In this document: in pieces, positions 48,254-56,751 of the stretch
Numbering within the stretch: position 1 is the first letter of the stretch
How the letters are laid out: each line of letters opens with the position of its first letter
Virus record (IMG/VR): IMGVR_UViG_3300032431_000008
Span: 74-64,073 of that record
Direction: 5' to 3' (one strand)
Length of the DNA stretch: 64,000 nucleotides
DNA from: a virus
The notes under the pieces: generated by a model
Told to the model about the DNA's origin: nothing
The model's database searches: none
The model's input: only the letters and a program-made list of their open reading frames with translations
Position numbers and translations under genes: made by a program

Positions 48254-48739
48254 TTATGCGATGCGGAATGAACCTTGCGATGCGTCGGTTAAAACACGGC
48301 ATCCATATTTTGCTTTTATCGTGTCTAAGTCTTGGCCTTTCGAGAATCTTGCGGCGTCTTGTTCTCTGCGGAAAAACCAGGCACGCTTCTTAGCGGCGAA
48401 TTTAAAGGCTGCGGCTTTCAGGGCGTCTTTAACTGTGAAGGTGTCGCCGGTAACCCATAGCCATTTCCCAACGATTTCGATAATGATCCCTTGTAAAGCA
48501 ATGATCTCTGAAACCTTGGCTGCAATTTCCTCGTCCATCTCAACGGCGGTTTCGGCGTCGTTGTCGGTCATGGTTTTGCGGTATTCACCGCGCAGGGCGG
48601 CGGAGTAGGCGGCGTTTATGCGCTGCATTTCCTCAAGGCTTCCGCCAAGGTCGGGGTGGTTGGCCTTGGCGAGTTCACGAAAGCGGGTTTTGATTGCAGC
48701 CTCGTCAAAGCAGGCGGCGAAGTAGTTTTGTGTGTTCAT
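48254..48739 (-). CDS. J-domain (DnaJ-like) protein
   Basis: IKTRFRELAKANHPDLGGSLEEMQRINAAY with the HPD motif. Confidence 0.88.
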   Translation of the reverse strand: MNTQNYFAACFDEAAIKTRFRELAKANHPDLGGSLEEMQRINAAYSAALRGEYRKTMTDNDAETAVEMDEEIAAKVSEIIALQGIIIEIVGKWLWVTGDTFTVKDALKAAAFKFAAKKRAWFFRREQDAARFSKGQDLDTIKAKYGCRVLTDASQGSFRIA

Positions 48740-48820
48740 TTGGTCGGGTTGGTGGTGGTGGGTGGGCGCCTTAAAACCCCGCCACTCCTGGGAGCTGGCG
48801 GGGCTGGGTGCGGGTTGGGC

Positions 48821-49072
48821 CTAGTCGGTGCAAACGGCAAATCCTCGGGAGTAATACCCGGCGATGTGTTCGCCTGCGGGCACGTCTGCGCGGGTTACAA
48901 TGTAAAGCGCGCACCCTCTCGGGTCGGTCTGGTGGTGGGCGATAAGGTGGGGATGGGCGGCCATTACTGCGGCGATGCGGGCAAGTGCGCCTTTTTCTCT
49001 GTCGGGCGTACGGGCTAGGCGTTTTCCGGTGTGGGTGTTGTAGGTGTGCGGGGCGTCGGTGGTGGTGGTGAT
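48821..49072 (-). CDS. Phage-like early protein lacking an ATG (ATC start?)
   Basis: Hand translation ITTTTDAPHTY...DREKGALARI...QTDPRGCALYI...YYSRGFAVCTD. Confidence 0.55.
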   Translation of the reverse strand: MTTTTDAPHTYNTHTGKRLARTPDREKGALARIAAVMAAHPHLIAHHQTDPRGCALYIVTRADVPAGEHIAGYYSRGFAVCTD

Positions 49073-49093
49073 GTGCTGAGAGAGTGGGGCGGG

Positions 49094-49282
49094 TTAAAGG
49101 GTCACGCGGTCGGCTAGGGCTTCCGTGATGCGTCCAGACCGGGCGAGGCTGTCAACGTAGTTGCAAAAGGTCTCGCGCACGTGGGCGGGGTAGTCGTTTT
49201 GCCTGCGGGTGCGTCGGTAAAGCGGGGCGAATTGGGGGAAGTTATTCCAAAAGGCGGCGCGTAGTTGGGCGGTGGTGGTCAT
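49094..49282 (-). CDS. Small early protein
   Basis: Paralogous to the C-terminal half of 49585..50010. Confidence 0.65.
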   Translation of the reverse strand: MTTTAQLRAAFWNNFPQFAPLYRRTRRQNDYPAHVRETFCNYVDSLARSGRITEALADRVTL

Positions 49283-49302
49283 GGGAAAAGGTGGGTTTCG
49301 GG

Positions 49303-49563
49303 TTAAAGGGTGGCGGCTGATTCGCGCGCTTGAACGCGCTCGGCTAGAAATTTAAATGAAGGGGCGTCGAATCGTTGTGAGTCGAAAATCAACCAAATCG
49401 CTTCGGCTGTTTTGCCCGCTTTACTAAGTGAAAGGACAAGCTCGGCTGTTCTGTCGATCTCGGCTAGTCGTCCTCCAATGGGAAAGCGGGCGGCTTGGTC
49501 TAGGGTGGTGTAGTAGATACTTAATCGCTCGTCGGTGGTGGTGGCTGGTGTTGGTGTATTCAT
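49303..49563 (-). CDS. Small early protein
   Basis: Shared junction repeats. Confidence 0.6.
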   Translation of the reverse strand: MNTPTPATTTDERLSIYYTTLDQAARFPIGGRLAEIDRTAELVLSLSKAGKTAEAIWLIFDSQRFDAPSFKFLAERVQARESAATL

Positions 49564-49584
49564 GGGAAAAGGTGGGTGGGTGGG

Positions 49585-50010
49585 TTAAAGGGTGGTGCGG
49601 GCTGCGAGGGCTGGGGTGATGCGTTGCGCTGTTATTAGGGTTACGAGGTATGCACTGAATGAACAAGTGACGGTCGCGCAGTGGTGGCGCTTGCCCTTGG
49701 ATATAATGCCAGCGGCGCGGGCCTGCTCGGCTAGGTGTGGGTGTGCTTGCCAAAAACTGGCGCGGATTTGCTGCTGTGTGGTCATGGTGGGGGGGTGTGG
49801 GTTAGTGGCTGCAAGTCGGTCCTCGGCTTTCCATAGTGCACGCTGCGCACGTCCTCGGGATTCTAGGGCGGGTGTCATGGCGTGGTCATAGTTAAAACCG
49901 GAAGTGGGGAGGGCTGCGGCGTGGCTGTCTGCGTCGGCGAAGGCTTTTTTCGCGCAGGCTAAAGCGCGGCGGGCGGCGGTGGGTGTGGTCGTGGTGGTCG
50001 TGGTGGTCAT
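49585..50010 (-). CDS. Early protein (possible internal start at 49785)
   Basis: MTTQQQIRASFW resembles MTTTAQLRAAFW. Confidence 0.6.
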   Translation of the reverse strand: MTTTTTTTTPTAARRALACAKKAFADADSHAAALPTSGFNYDHAMTPALESRGRAQRALWKAEDRLAATNPHPPTMTTQQQIRASFWQAHPHLAEQARAAGIISKGKRHHCATVTCSFSAYLVTLITAQRITPALAARTTL

Positions 50011-50027
50011 GGTGGGGCGTGGGTGGG

Positions 50028-50327
50028 TTAAAGGGAGGCGATGGGCGCGGCGATGCCTGCCCGGTCAAGCGCGGCTTGTAGCTGCTCGCCCAGGCGTTCG
50101 GCCTTGGCGCGGGCGGCGAAGTATTGGGCGCGGGCGGTGCCGTAGTCCTGGGCGAGCTGGGCCGCTACTTGGTCGGCAGTAGCGGGGGGGATGGGCGGGG
50201 GCAAGCTGGCTGCGGCGTCGGTGGCCTCAAGGGCGAGGGCGGCGGTCATGGAGGCGTAAGCGGCGCGGGCGCGGTTGCGTTCGGCTTCGGTGGTGGTGCG
50301 GGTGGTGGTGGTGGTGCGGGTGGTCAT
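50028..50327 (-). CDS. Ala-rich early protein
   Basis: ORF track; shared junction. Confidence 0.6.
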   Translation of the reverse strand: MTTRTTTTTRTTTEAERNRARAAYASMTAALALEATDAAASLPPPIPPATADQVAAQLAQDYGTARAQYFAARAKAERLGEQLQAALDRAGIAAPIASL

Positions 50328-50354
50328 GGTGGGAGGTGGGTCGGGTGTGGTGGA

Positions 50355-50576
50355 TTAATGCTTGGAGGCGGAAAGTTCGGCTTTATAGGCGGCTCGGTAA
50401 GTGGCCCGGTATTTTTCGGCGCGGTAAATGGATTTTAGATATGAGAGCCCCGGCCCCCATTCGGGGTTTATGGTGGATGTGGTTGCGGCGGCGGCGGCGT
50501 GGGCGGTGGTTCGTAGTTTGGCGCGGGCTAGCTTGCGCGTTAACCGGGCTTTTTCGGGCGTGTTTTGGGTGGTCAT
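50355..50576 (-). CDS. Basic early protein
   Basis: Start refined. Confidence 0.55.
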   Translation of the reverse strand: MTTQNTPEKARLTRKLARAKLRTTAHAAAAATTSTINPEWGPGLSYLKSIYRAEKYRATYRAAYKAELSASKH

Positions 50577-50586
50577 GGGCGGGAGG

Positions 50587-50820
50587 TCAAAGGGTTGTGG
50601 GCGTTGCGAGGGCGGCGGCGATCTCGTCGGGAGTCCATTGAGATTTGACCGTATTCCAGCAAGTGAGGGCAAAGTTTTCGTTAAGGTTGGCAAGGGCCGC
50701 AGCGTGGCGGGCTTTCTCTTGGGCAATCTTCTGGAGAGTGATCTTCGCCTCGCTCATCAGGTTGTATGATACGTGGGGAAGGTGCCTGACTGCGCGGGCG
50801 TTTTCTTCGGTGGTGGTCAT
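50587..50820 (-). CDS. Early protein
   Basis: Start refined. Confidence 0.55.
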   Translation of the reverse strand: MTTTEENARAVRHLPHVSYNLMSEAKITLQKIAQEKARHAAALANLNENFALTCWNTVKSQWTPDEIAAALATPTTL

Positions 50821-50846
50821 GGGTGGGAGTGTTCTACGTGGAACAA

Positions 50847-51017
50847 TTAAAGGGCGGCGAAGGCGCGGGCAAACGTGGCGCGCGCGGCGTGGCATTCGGC
50901 ATTATACGCGGCACTGGCTGCGGCGTAGGCTACGGGATCAACGGCAACGGCAAGGGCTCTATCCAGATTGGTTTCGGCTGTGGCAAGGCAGGCGAGCAGG
51001 GCGGGATAGGTTTTCAT
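50847..51017 (-). CDS. First early protein (56 aa, Ala-rich)
   Basis: Hand-translated MKTYPALLAC...ARAFAAL. Confidence 0.55.
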   Translation of the reverse strand: MKTYPALLACLATAETNLDRALAVAVDPVAYAAASAAYNAECHAARATFARAFAAL

Positions 51018-51053
51018 GGTCGGTTTAGGTGGTGGTTATCTGTCGAGGCTTTC

Positions 51054-51125
51054 AACGTGTAATAACAGAGAGTATCAGTCAATACCTGAATTAAAAAAGA
51101 TTTTAGATATTGTAGAAAACTTTAT
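51054..51125 (-). promoter_or_regulatory. Putative early sigma70-type promoter
   Basis: Minus strand TTGACT-N17-CACGTT with a long AT-rich UP-like tract. Confidence 0.55.
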
Positions 51126-51794
51126 GCCGCAAACTGTTAAACTAGGATTTAATTTGGTAGTTATTATTTGGATACAAATTGAGGGCAAGGGCGGGCAAGG
51201 GGTGGGAATATGGGGAAAACCTGGGGAAAGGGCGGGAAAGCGTGGGGCGTGCTGGTGGCCCTAGGTGGTGGGCAAGGGCTGGCGGGGCGTGCTGCGTGTC
51301 GTCCAGGGCGTGCGGGAACGGTCAAACAGTGGGCGAAAAGCGCGGGGAAGGGGCGGGGACGCGGTTAAACAGGGCGAGCAAGGGCGGGAAGGGGCGGGAA
51401 TGTGGGGCGATGATCGGGCCGATTCGCGGAACACTAAGAACGCAATGGTCAGCTAGTGTCCTAAGCAGGGAGTAAGGGAACAACATAAGGGGGGAAGGTA
51501 AGCAAGGGGACCGGCTGAGAGGGCCGGGGGTCGGTCAATTGGGAGCAATTGGAAGGGCGTGGGCGAGGCTGGGCGAGGACGAGCAAGGGGACCGGCAGGC
51601 AAGGACGGGCAAGGAAGGCGGGGAGGAAACGAGGAATTTCAGGGGGACTTTTAGCATTTTTACATGCCTTGCCTAACAGTCTTAGTCGTGCCTAAGAAGA
51701 TTAGCCTTGCCTAATATATGTAAAAAGCGGGTGAGATTGACCTGTTTCGGCCCTTGTCCTGCCCTTGCTAAGTGTGTGGGGGCGAGGCGAAAGC

Positions 51795-51822
51795 GTGACG
51801 CACAATCGTTATTATGTCTAAT
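51795..51822. other. dif-like XerC/XerD recombination site
   Basis: GTGACGCACAA-TCGTTA-TTATGTCTAAT (11-6-11); 7/11 and 9/11 to the E. coli dif arms. Confidence 0.7.
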
Positions 51823-52249
51823 CGCCCTGTAATTCCACGGGGGGCAGGGAAGTGGCGCGCCAGGCCCGGACCCACCACCCCTGCCACCACGACCGGCGTT
51901 TGCAGGCCGTCTTATTAAACAGCCCCTTCACCCAGTAATAGCTCCCACAAACCGCCCGCCAATTGCCCGCCCTTGCCAGCCTTTACGCTCCTTCCTGCCA
52001 GCCTTTACCCGCCAATTGCCCGTCCGTGCGCCTTTATTCTTGGCCATAGCCGTCCTATTGGAGCAACCGGGGGGTAGGCTAAACAGGGGGGGGGTAGGTA
52101 AAAAATGGGGTAGTATTGGTAAAAATTAGGGTAAATATTCGACTTACGTAATTTAGCAAGTGTCTGGCGATACTGGCTATGCTGGGTAAAAGTGAGGTGG
52201 TGCCACGGGCCGGGAGGAGAGTGTGAATTGCGTAAGTGGTTTGGGCATG

Positions 52250-52281
52250 AAAAAGCCCTTGGCCGGGAGGGGCCGAGGGCT
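52250..52281 (-). terminator. Intrinsic terminator ending the 52.3-60.4 kb operon
   Basis: 11-bp stem AGCCCTTGGCC/GGCCGAGGGCT plus U5 on the minus strand. Confidence 0.75.
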
Positions 52282-52308
52282 GGGGTAAGTGGGGGGGGGG
52301 TATGGCGG

Positions 52309-52566
52309 TTACTTGTCAGGCTGAACGGCCAGAGCGGCGCGGGCGATCTTGCCCATTTTATTAGCGTCTTCGTAAGGGTCGCAGGCGTTTACGTTAATTT
52401 CTCGAATCTGCATGAGAGCCTTTCGCATTTTAGCGTTTTCTCGTTCCAGCTTGCGGCGTTCCTCTTCAGTGGATAAGAGCAGGGCTGTTATCTCATCGGG
52501 AGATGCCCGAGCTATTATCTGATCGCGGGAAGCCTGGGTTATTTCCATTAGTCTAGGTATGTTCAC
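52309..52566 (-). CDS. Hypothetical protein
   Basis: Overlap chain. Confidence 0.6.
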   Translation of the reverse strand: MNIPRLMEITQASRDQIIARASPDEITALLLSTEEERRKLERENAKMRKALMQIREINVNACDPYEDANKMGKIARAALAVQPDK

Positions 52567-53015
52567 TTCCCGCCTCCTTTGGCCAGCGCCGCGATAACTG
52601 CTTTAAACAGCTTCACGTCGCGGCGGTATCTTGCGGCGATGGATTTTTCCCTGTCCGCGATGAGGAGCCGCTGTGCTTTGGTGCGCTTGGACCCGGCCTC
52701 GCGCCACAAAGCGTCTGTGCCTTCGCGCCAGCATTTGTTCGCTTGCTCGCGTGAGCGCAAAGTCTGTTGAGCCTCCGCGAGTTTTTTCTTTAGAAAGTCT
52801 AGGGCGTCAGGGGAGACCGGGACTTTGGCAGTGGCGGCACTTGCCACAACATGCCTGCGATAGTTTGCGACGAGCTGGGCGTCGTTCTGTGCCCACTTTG
52901 GCCATGCTTCGTATGGGGCGGGAAGCCCCCTGCGCACACGCGGGTTGAGCTGTCGCACAAGTTCGATGTCTGCCGGTGTGATTTCTTCGGGTAGGTTCAT
53001 TTCGTATGGTTTCAT
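52563..53015 (-). CDS. Hypothetical protein
   Basis: Overlap chain. Confidence 0.6.
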   Translation of the reverse strand: MKPYEMNLPEEITPADIELVRQLNPRVRRGLPAPYEAWPKWAQNDAQLVANYRRHVVASAATAKVPVSPDALDFLKKKLAEAQQTLRSREQANKCWREGTDALWREAGSKRTKAQRLLIADREKSIAARYRRDVKLFKAVIAALAKGGGK

Positions 53016-53033
53016 GGGAAGGTGTGTGCGTGT

Positions 53034-53201
53034 TTAACCAGTCTTACCCCGTGCTTGGCTATCCTCGTAGCATTTCTTGGCGACGGCTTCAGCGGATTTG
53101 CGACCGGCGTAGAAGCCCATGGAGAAGCTGGTGGAGAAAAAGCCGATTAGGTATGAGAAGGGGAGTATCAGGAATATGGAGATGATTTTAAGTGGGTTCA
53201 T
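53034..53201 (-). CDS. Small membrane protein
   Basis: Start refined; hydrophobic. Confidence 0.5.
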   Translation of the reverse strand: MNPLKIISIFLILPFSYLIGFFSTSFSMGFYAGRKSAEAVAKKCYEDSQARGKTG

Positions 53202-53419
53202 GGTAGAGTTGGGTAGCCTGCGAGGATTTGCTGGATTCTTAATTCGTTGGCGAGGTGAATTGACGCGTCCCATTGGCGACCATTGAGGCCGTCGTGTTGG
53301 CGTTTCATGAGGAGGAGGAACAAGAGTTTTGTGAAGTCTTGGTTATTTTCGAGGATGGTATCGGCAAGTGTGGCGACTTGGACGAGGGTTTCTTGTTTTT
53401 CTTGTTCGTATGTTTTCAT
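53198..53419 (-). CDS. Hypothetical protein
   Basis: Start refined; 4-nt overlaps. Confidence 0.55.
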   Translation of the reverse strand: MKTYEQEKQETLVQVATLADTILENNQDFTKLLFLLLMKRQHDGLNGRQWDASIHLANELRIQQILAGYPTLP

Positions 53420-53721
53420 GGGGAGGGAGTGGCAGGCACAATAGCCGCGATGAAGTCGATAAGCTGCTTGGCGAGTTTTTCTCCTGAGTCGGGGCTTTGG
53501 AAGTCCAGGTAGATGTGTTCGGAGAATTTTGCCGGGGTGTGTTCGTCCCATCCGTGGGTATGTGCGGCAACGCTGAGCATGTGGCAGTGAGGGGAGAAGC
53601 TTACGAATATGTCGGCGATGTGTGAAGGGGTGGAGGTGGCGAGGGCGAGGATTTCTTGGATGGAGCGGATTTGGTCTGAGTGGTATCCGCGAGTGGGGGG
53701 AGTGGGAGGTGTGTTGTTCAT
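53416..53721 (-). CDS. Hypothetical protein
   Basis: 4-nt overlaps. Confidence 0.6.
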   Translation of the reverse strand: MNNTPPTPPTRGYHSDQIRSIQEILALATSTPSHIADIFVSFSPHCHMLSVAAHTHGWDEHTPAKFSEHIYLDFQSPDSGEKLAKQLIDFIAAIVPATPSP

Positions 53722-54233
53722 GGGAGAGTGGGCGTGGTTAAACAGGATTTGAGCAGGTCAGAAATCTTAGGGCTGGCGGGTGGCATAGGGGGAATGGGGA
53801 CGACCATGCCTTCGCCTTCAAAGTTGATTGCGTCGATTTCCCAGTGTCCGGTTTGCCACTCAGTTGAGCCTTCTTCCGACCAAATGCCGATAAACTCACA
53901 GCGGTATTGTGAACCGCTGCTAGATGCGCGCGCACGTGATTGTTCAACTATTTTGCAGATAGCAGGCGCGGCCCTTCTTAGGTCTTCATAATCCGTTGCT
54001 GACATGTGCTCCTCAATCCAATGGTCGGAATGCGGTGCGATTTCTTGCAGCGAATAGATAACGAGAACGTCGGATGTGAGCAGGCAGGTTGCCGGATCGG
54101 TTTCCCATTCTTCGTCTTCCTGATAGCTGCATTTATTGAGGGATGGGATGTAAACTAAAATGGAGTCCGGCGTTTCGCTTGGCGGCGGAGAGCCTGCGAA
54201 GTAGAGGGCAGTGTGAATGATAGTGGAGTTCAT
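53718..54233 (-). CDS. Acidic hypothetical protein
   Basis: Start refined. Confidence 0.6.
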   Translation of the reverse strand: MNSTIIHTALYFAGSPPPSETPDSILVYIPSLNKCSYQEDEEWETDPATCLLTSDVLVIYSLQEIAPHSDHWIEEHMSATDYEDLRRAAPAICKIVEQSRARASSSGSQYRCEFIGIWSEEGSTEWQTGHWEIDAINFEGEGMVVPIPPMPPASPKISDLLKSCLTTPTLP

Positions 54234-54472
54234 GGATAGTGGTTTCCAACGGTTTCCAGCAAGTCCGGGCAAGGCTGGTCCGGCGCGTGGTAGTGGGTCA
54301 TGTAGGAGATGTGGGAAGGCTCGTCGGGCTGGAAGGCGTGGATGAATCGCAGGCAAGTTTCGCGGTGTGGGCAGTCGAGGGACCAAAGTGTGCCGTCCAT
54401 GCCGTTGGGCATGCGGGTAAGTTTCGGGAGTAGTCCGTCGCAGCGGGCAACGTCGTAAGGGAGGGCGGGCAT
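54230..54472 (-). CDS. Small Cys-rich protein
   Basis: LPYDVARC...CPHRETCLRF...C. Confidence 0.65.
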   Translation of the reverse strand: MPALPYDVARCDGLLPKLTRMPNGMDGTLWSLDCPHRETCLRFIHAFQPDEPSHISYMTHYHAPDQPCPDLLETVGNHYP

Positions 54473-54484
54473 GGGGAGGGATAA

Positions 54485-54754
54485 TTAGGACTTAGGTAAA
54501 TGAAACTGAAAAACATGGGCTCCTCTTTGGTGGCTATAATGGTATTCCCATGAGTTTGCGCGAAGGTGCAGGCGGGCATGATGGAGCGCATTGACAAGAC
54601 CGGAGCGTTCGGGTCTGCATCCCACCATTCGTGCCAGCATGGCGGCGCATGAAGACTCGGCATCTATTGGTAGGCGGGCTTCGCCCATGTCACGGATGAT
54701 CTGCTTGTCCGTGATTGTGTATAGGGTGGACGGGGATTCTTTGGGGCTTTTCAT
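54485..54754 (-). CDS. Hypothetical protein
   Basis: Start refined. Confidence 0.5.
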   Translation of the reverse strand: MKSPKESPSTLYTITDKQIIRDMGEARLPIDAESSCAAMLARMVGCRPERSGLVNALHHARLHLRANSWEYHYSHQRGAHVFQFHLPKS

Positions 54755-54773
54755 GAATTTCGCTATTATGGGC

Positions 54774-55031
54774 TTAATCGAGGGAAGCGCCAAAGGCCAG
54801 GACTGAGGCTGAGCGGGATTTGGCGTCCTCGGTGATGGCAAGTTGGAGTAGTTCGTAAGTGTGGGTGCGGGTTTTACGGGCTTGAAATTCTTTATTGTTG
54901 GCGATGTAGTGGGCGTTTGATGCTTCGGCAAGGGCGGCACCGGCGTTTAACATGTCCGCGCAAGCGGCGTCGTATGTGTTTTGTGCGGCGGCGACAACTT
55001 GGCCGGTGGTGAGAGGAGTTGGGGGATTCAT
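54774..55031 (-). CDS. Ala-rich helical protein
   Basis: ORF track. Confidence 0.55.
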   Translation of the reverse strand: MNPPTPLTTGQVVAAAQNTYDAACADMLNAGAALAEASNAHYIANNKEFQARKTRTHTYELLQLAITEDAKSRSASVLAFGASLD

Positions 55032-55633
55032 TGGGTGGGATTCATGGGGTGGGCGTGGAGTTTTTCTATGTTGAGTTTTTCAAGGGCGGCTCGTGCGGTA
55101 ACTTCGCAGAAGGTAAGGACTGTAAGGGACTGATTGTAGTCGTATGAGGCTTGGTTAAACGCGGCGCGGTCAATGAATCGGTTGGCGTAAGCGTCGGAGA
55201 CCTTGATTTTACGTTCTGCGCATTTCCTTTTAGCTTCAGTGAGGTCGGCTAGTGCAACATTGTGGGCGGCAACATTGATTGCTTTGGCCTCGGCTTCCTT
55301 TACGGCTACACCGGATTCATTGTAGGCTTGCATGGCGGCATCTAAAGCTTCGTCGGTTTTGCCGGGGTTGCATAAAGTTTCTGCAAAGACCTCGCCAAGT
55401 TCTTCGCGTTTGCGGTTAAGCTCGTCCAGCGATACCGGGCCTTCGCCGTCCATGAAGACCGTGGACGCGGGGCCGGAAACACGGGTAGTGGCTACGGCTT
55501 TAAGGATCTCAAATGTCTCGCCCGTGTGCTGGTTGGCAAGGCGTTCAGTCTCGGCTTGAGCAAGGGCGAGCGTTGCGTGGCGAACGGTGGGGGGATGGCT
55601 ATTTTTGCGGAGGACGTAGTAGTAAGGTTTCAT
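55028..55633 (-). CDS. Hypothetical protein
   Basis: PTVRHATLALAQAETERLA..H.GETFEIL N-terminal domain plus helical tail. Confidence 0.65.
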   Translation of the reverse strand: MKPYYYVLRKNSHPPTVRHATLALAQAETERLANQHTGETFEILKAVATTRVSGPASTVFMDGEGPVSLDELNRKREELGEVFAETLCNPGKTDEALDAAMQAYNESGVAVKEAEAKAINVAAHNVALADLTEAKRKCAERKIKVSDAYANRFIDRAAFNQASYDYNQSLTVLTFCEVTARAALEKLNIEKLHAHPMNPTQ

Positions 55634-56238
55634 AGGCGAATAGATTTGGGTGAACCGTCATTTTCGAGGGTTTTCTTAAAGCCTAGATTGCCCGCAATGT
55701 GCCAGCAAACTATGCCCTCGGGTAACTTAAACCCTGGCGCGGCCTTGCTGCCGCCCGTTCTCAATGCCCATAATGCGGCATCGCAAGCGTCGGTGGTGAA
55801 CGGTCCTTGGTAAAGGATGGGCACGACGCCAACGCAGGGAGGTAGCACGTCTTGCCACTTATTAACCCGTGGATCAGCCGTGGGCATTGCGCGGGGCGTT
55901 TCGCCGTGCAGGCACCAGCGGTCGGCATTGAACAGGCTTAGTCGCTTTTCGCCTTTTGGCAGGTTATAGCCGCGCTGGATGCCAGACCCCCACCATTCGC
56001 CGAAGTGACGGCCTGTGCCAAGGGTAAGCAATTCTTCGCGGTGTTGGGAGCACCACGTAGCAAAGCCGTGGTTGTCGTCGCCGGGGGTGATCCAGCGGTT
56101 GCGCGAGCCGGTCATTATTTGGCCGTCCTCGGTGATGAGGATTTGGGCGTTCGTGCCGTCGATTTTCTCACTGATAATGCAGTCGCGGGAGAGGCGAGCT
56201 AGTTTAGGGAATCCGGTAAATTCGGTGTTGGTGTTCAT
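55630..56238 (-). CDS. ATP-dependent RNA ligase (Rnl2-like adenylation domain)
   Basis: SEKIDGTN (motif I), GSRNR, FGEWWG, PEGIV. Confidence 0.85.
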   Translation of the reverse strand: MNTNTEFTGFPKLARLSRDCIISEKIDGTNAQILITEDGQIMTGSRNRWITPGDDNHGFATWCSQHREELLTLGTGRHFGEWWGSGIQRGYNLPKGEKRLSLFNADRWCLHGETPRAMPTADPRVNKWQDVLPPCVGVVPILYQGPFTTDACDAALWALRTGGSKAAPGFKLPEGIVCWHIAGNLGFKKTLENDGSPKSIRL

Positions 56239-56246
56239 GGCTAGGT

Positions 56247-56732
56247 TTATTTGGTATCGTTAAAGCGTGCATCCATTGCTGCGTGAGCAACGGCAAAGTA
56301 GCTGTTACACAATAGTTTAATGTTTTCTCGTTTTACCGTTCTCTCGTTAGAAGACTTCCAAAGATATTTTACAAACACTTCTACTGGAATGTTCTCAAAA
56401 ACTGTTTTGTAAAACTCAGCATCCTTGCGGAAGATAACTTGAACATTGTGAAGGTAAAGGACGTATAGTGCTTCTGTGTCGAGGGGGTATAACTCGGAGT
56501 CTTTTAGCTGTTCCTCAAAACCATTTAGCAAAAGAAGTTCCTTAAGTGCTGGGTTGGCCGTGGCGTAATAGTCATAGTCGGTTTCTTCATTGATCGTAAT
56601 TTTCGGAGTGGCTAAGCCCCACATATTAGCCGTAGCAGCTATTGCTGCCATTTTACGGGAGCCGCCGAGATAGAGAGTGAAGCAAGCAGCAGCATTTTCT
56701 ATTACCTTTAGCGCTGGGAGTTGGGTGTTCAT
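56247..56732 (-). CDS. Putative Pol-beta-superfamily nucleotidyltransferase
   Basis: LYLGGSR ... ETDYDYY (GS plus DxD). Confidence 0.55.
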   Translation of the reverse strand: MNTQLPALKVIENAAACFTLYLGGSRKMAAIAATANMWGLATPKITINEETDYDYYATANPALKELLLLNGFEEQLKDSELYPLDTEALYVLYLHNVQVIFRKDAEFYKTVFENIPVEVFVKYLWKSSNERTVKRENIKLLCNSYFAVAHAAMDARFNDTK

Positions 56733-56751
56733 TATTTTGGTAAGTTATCGG

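Noticed and set aside
49094-50849. CTTTAAC gene ends as attC R'' boxes
   Set aside because: No L boxes, hairpins or matching R' sites; kept only as junction repeats.
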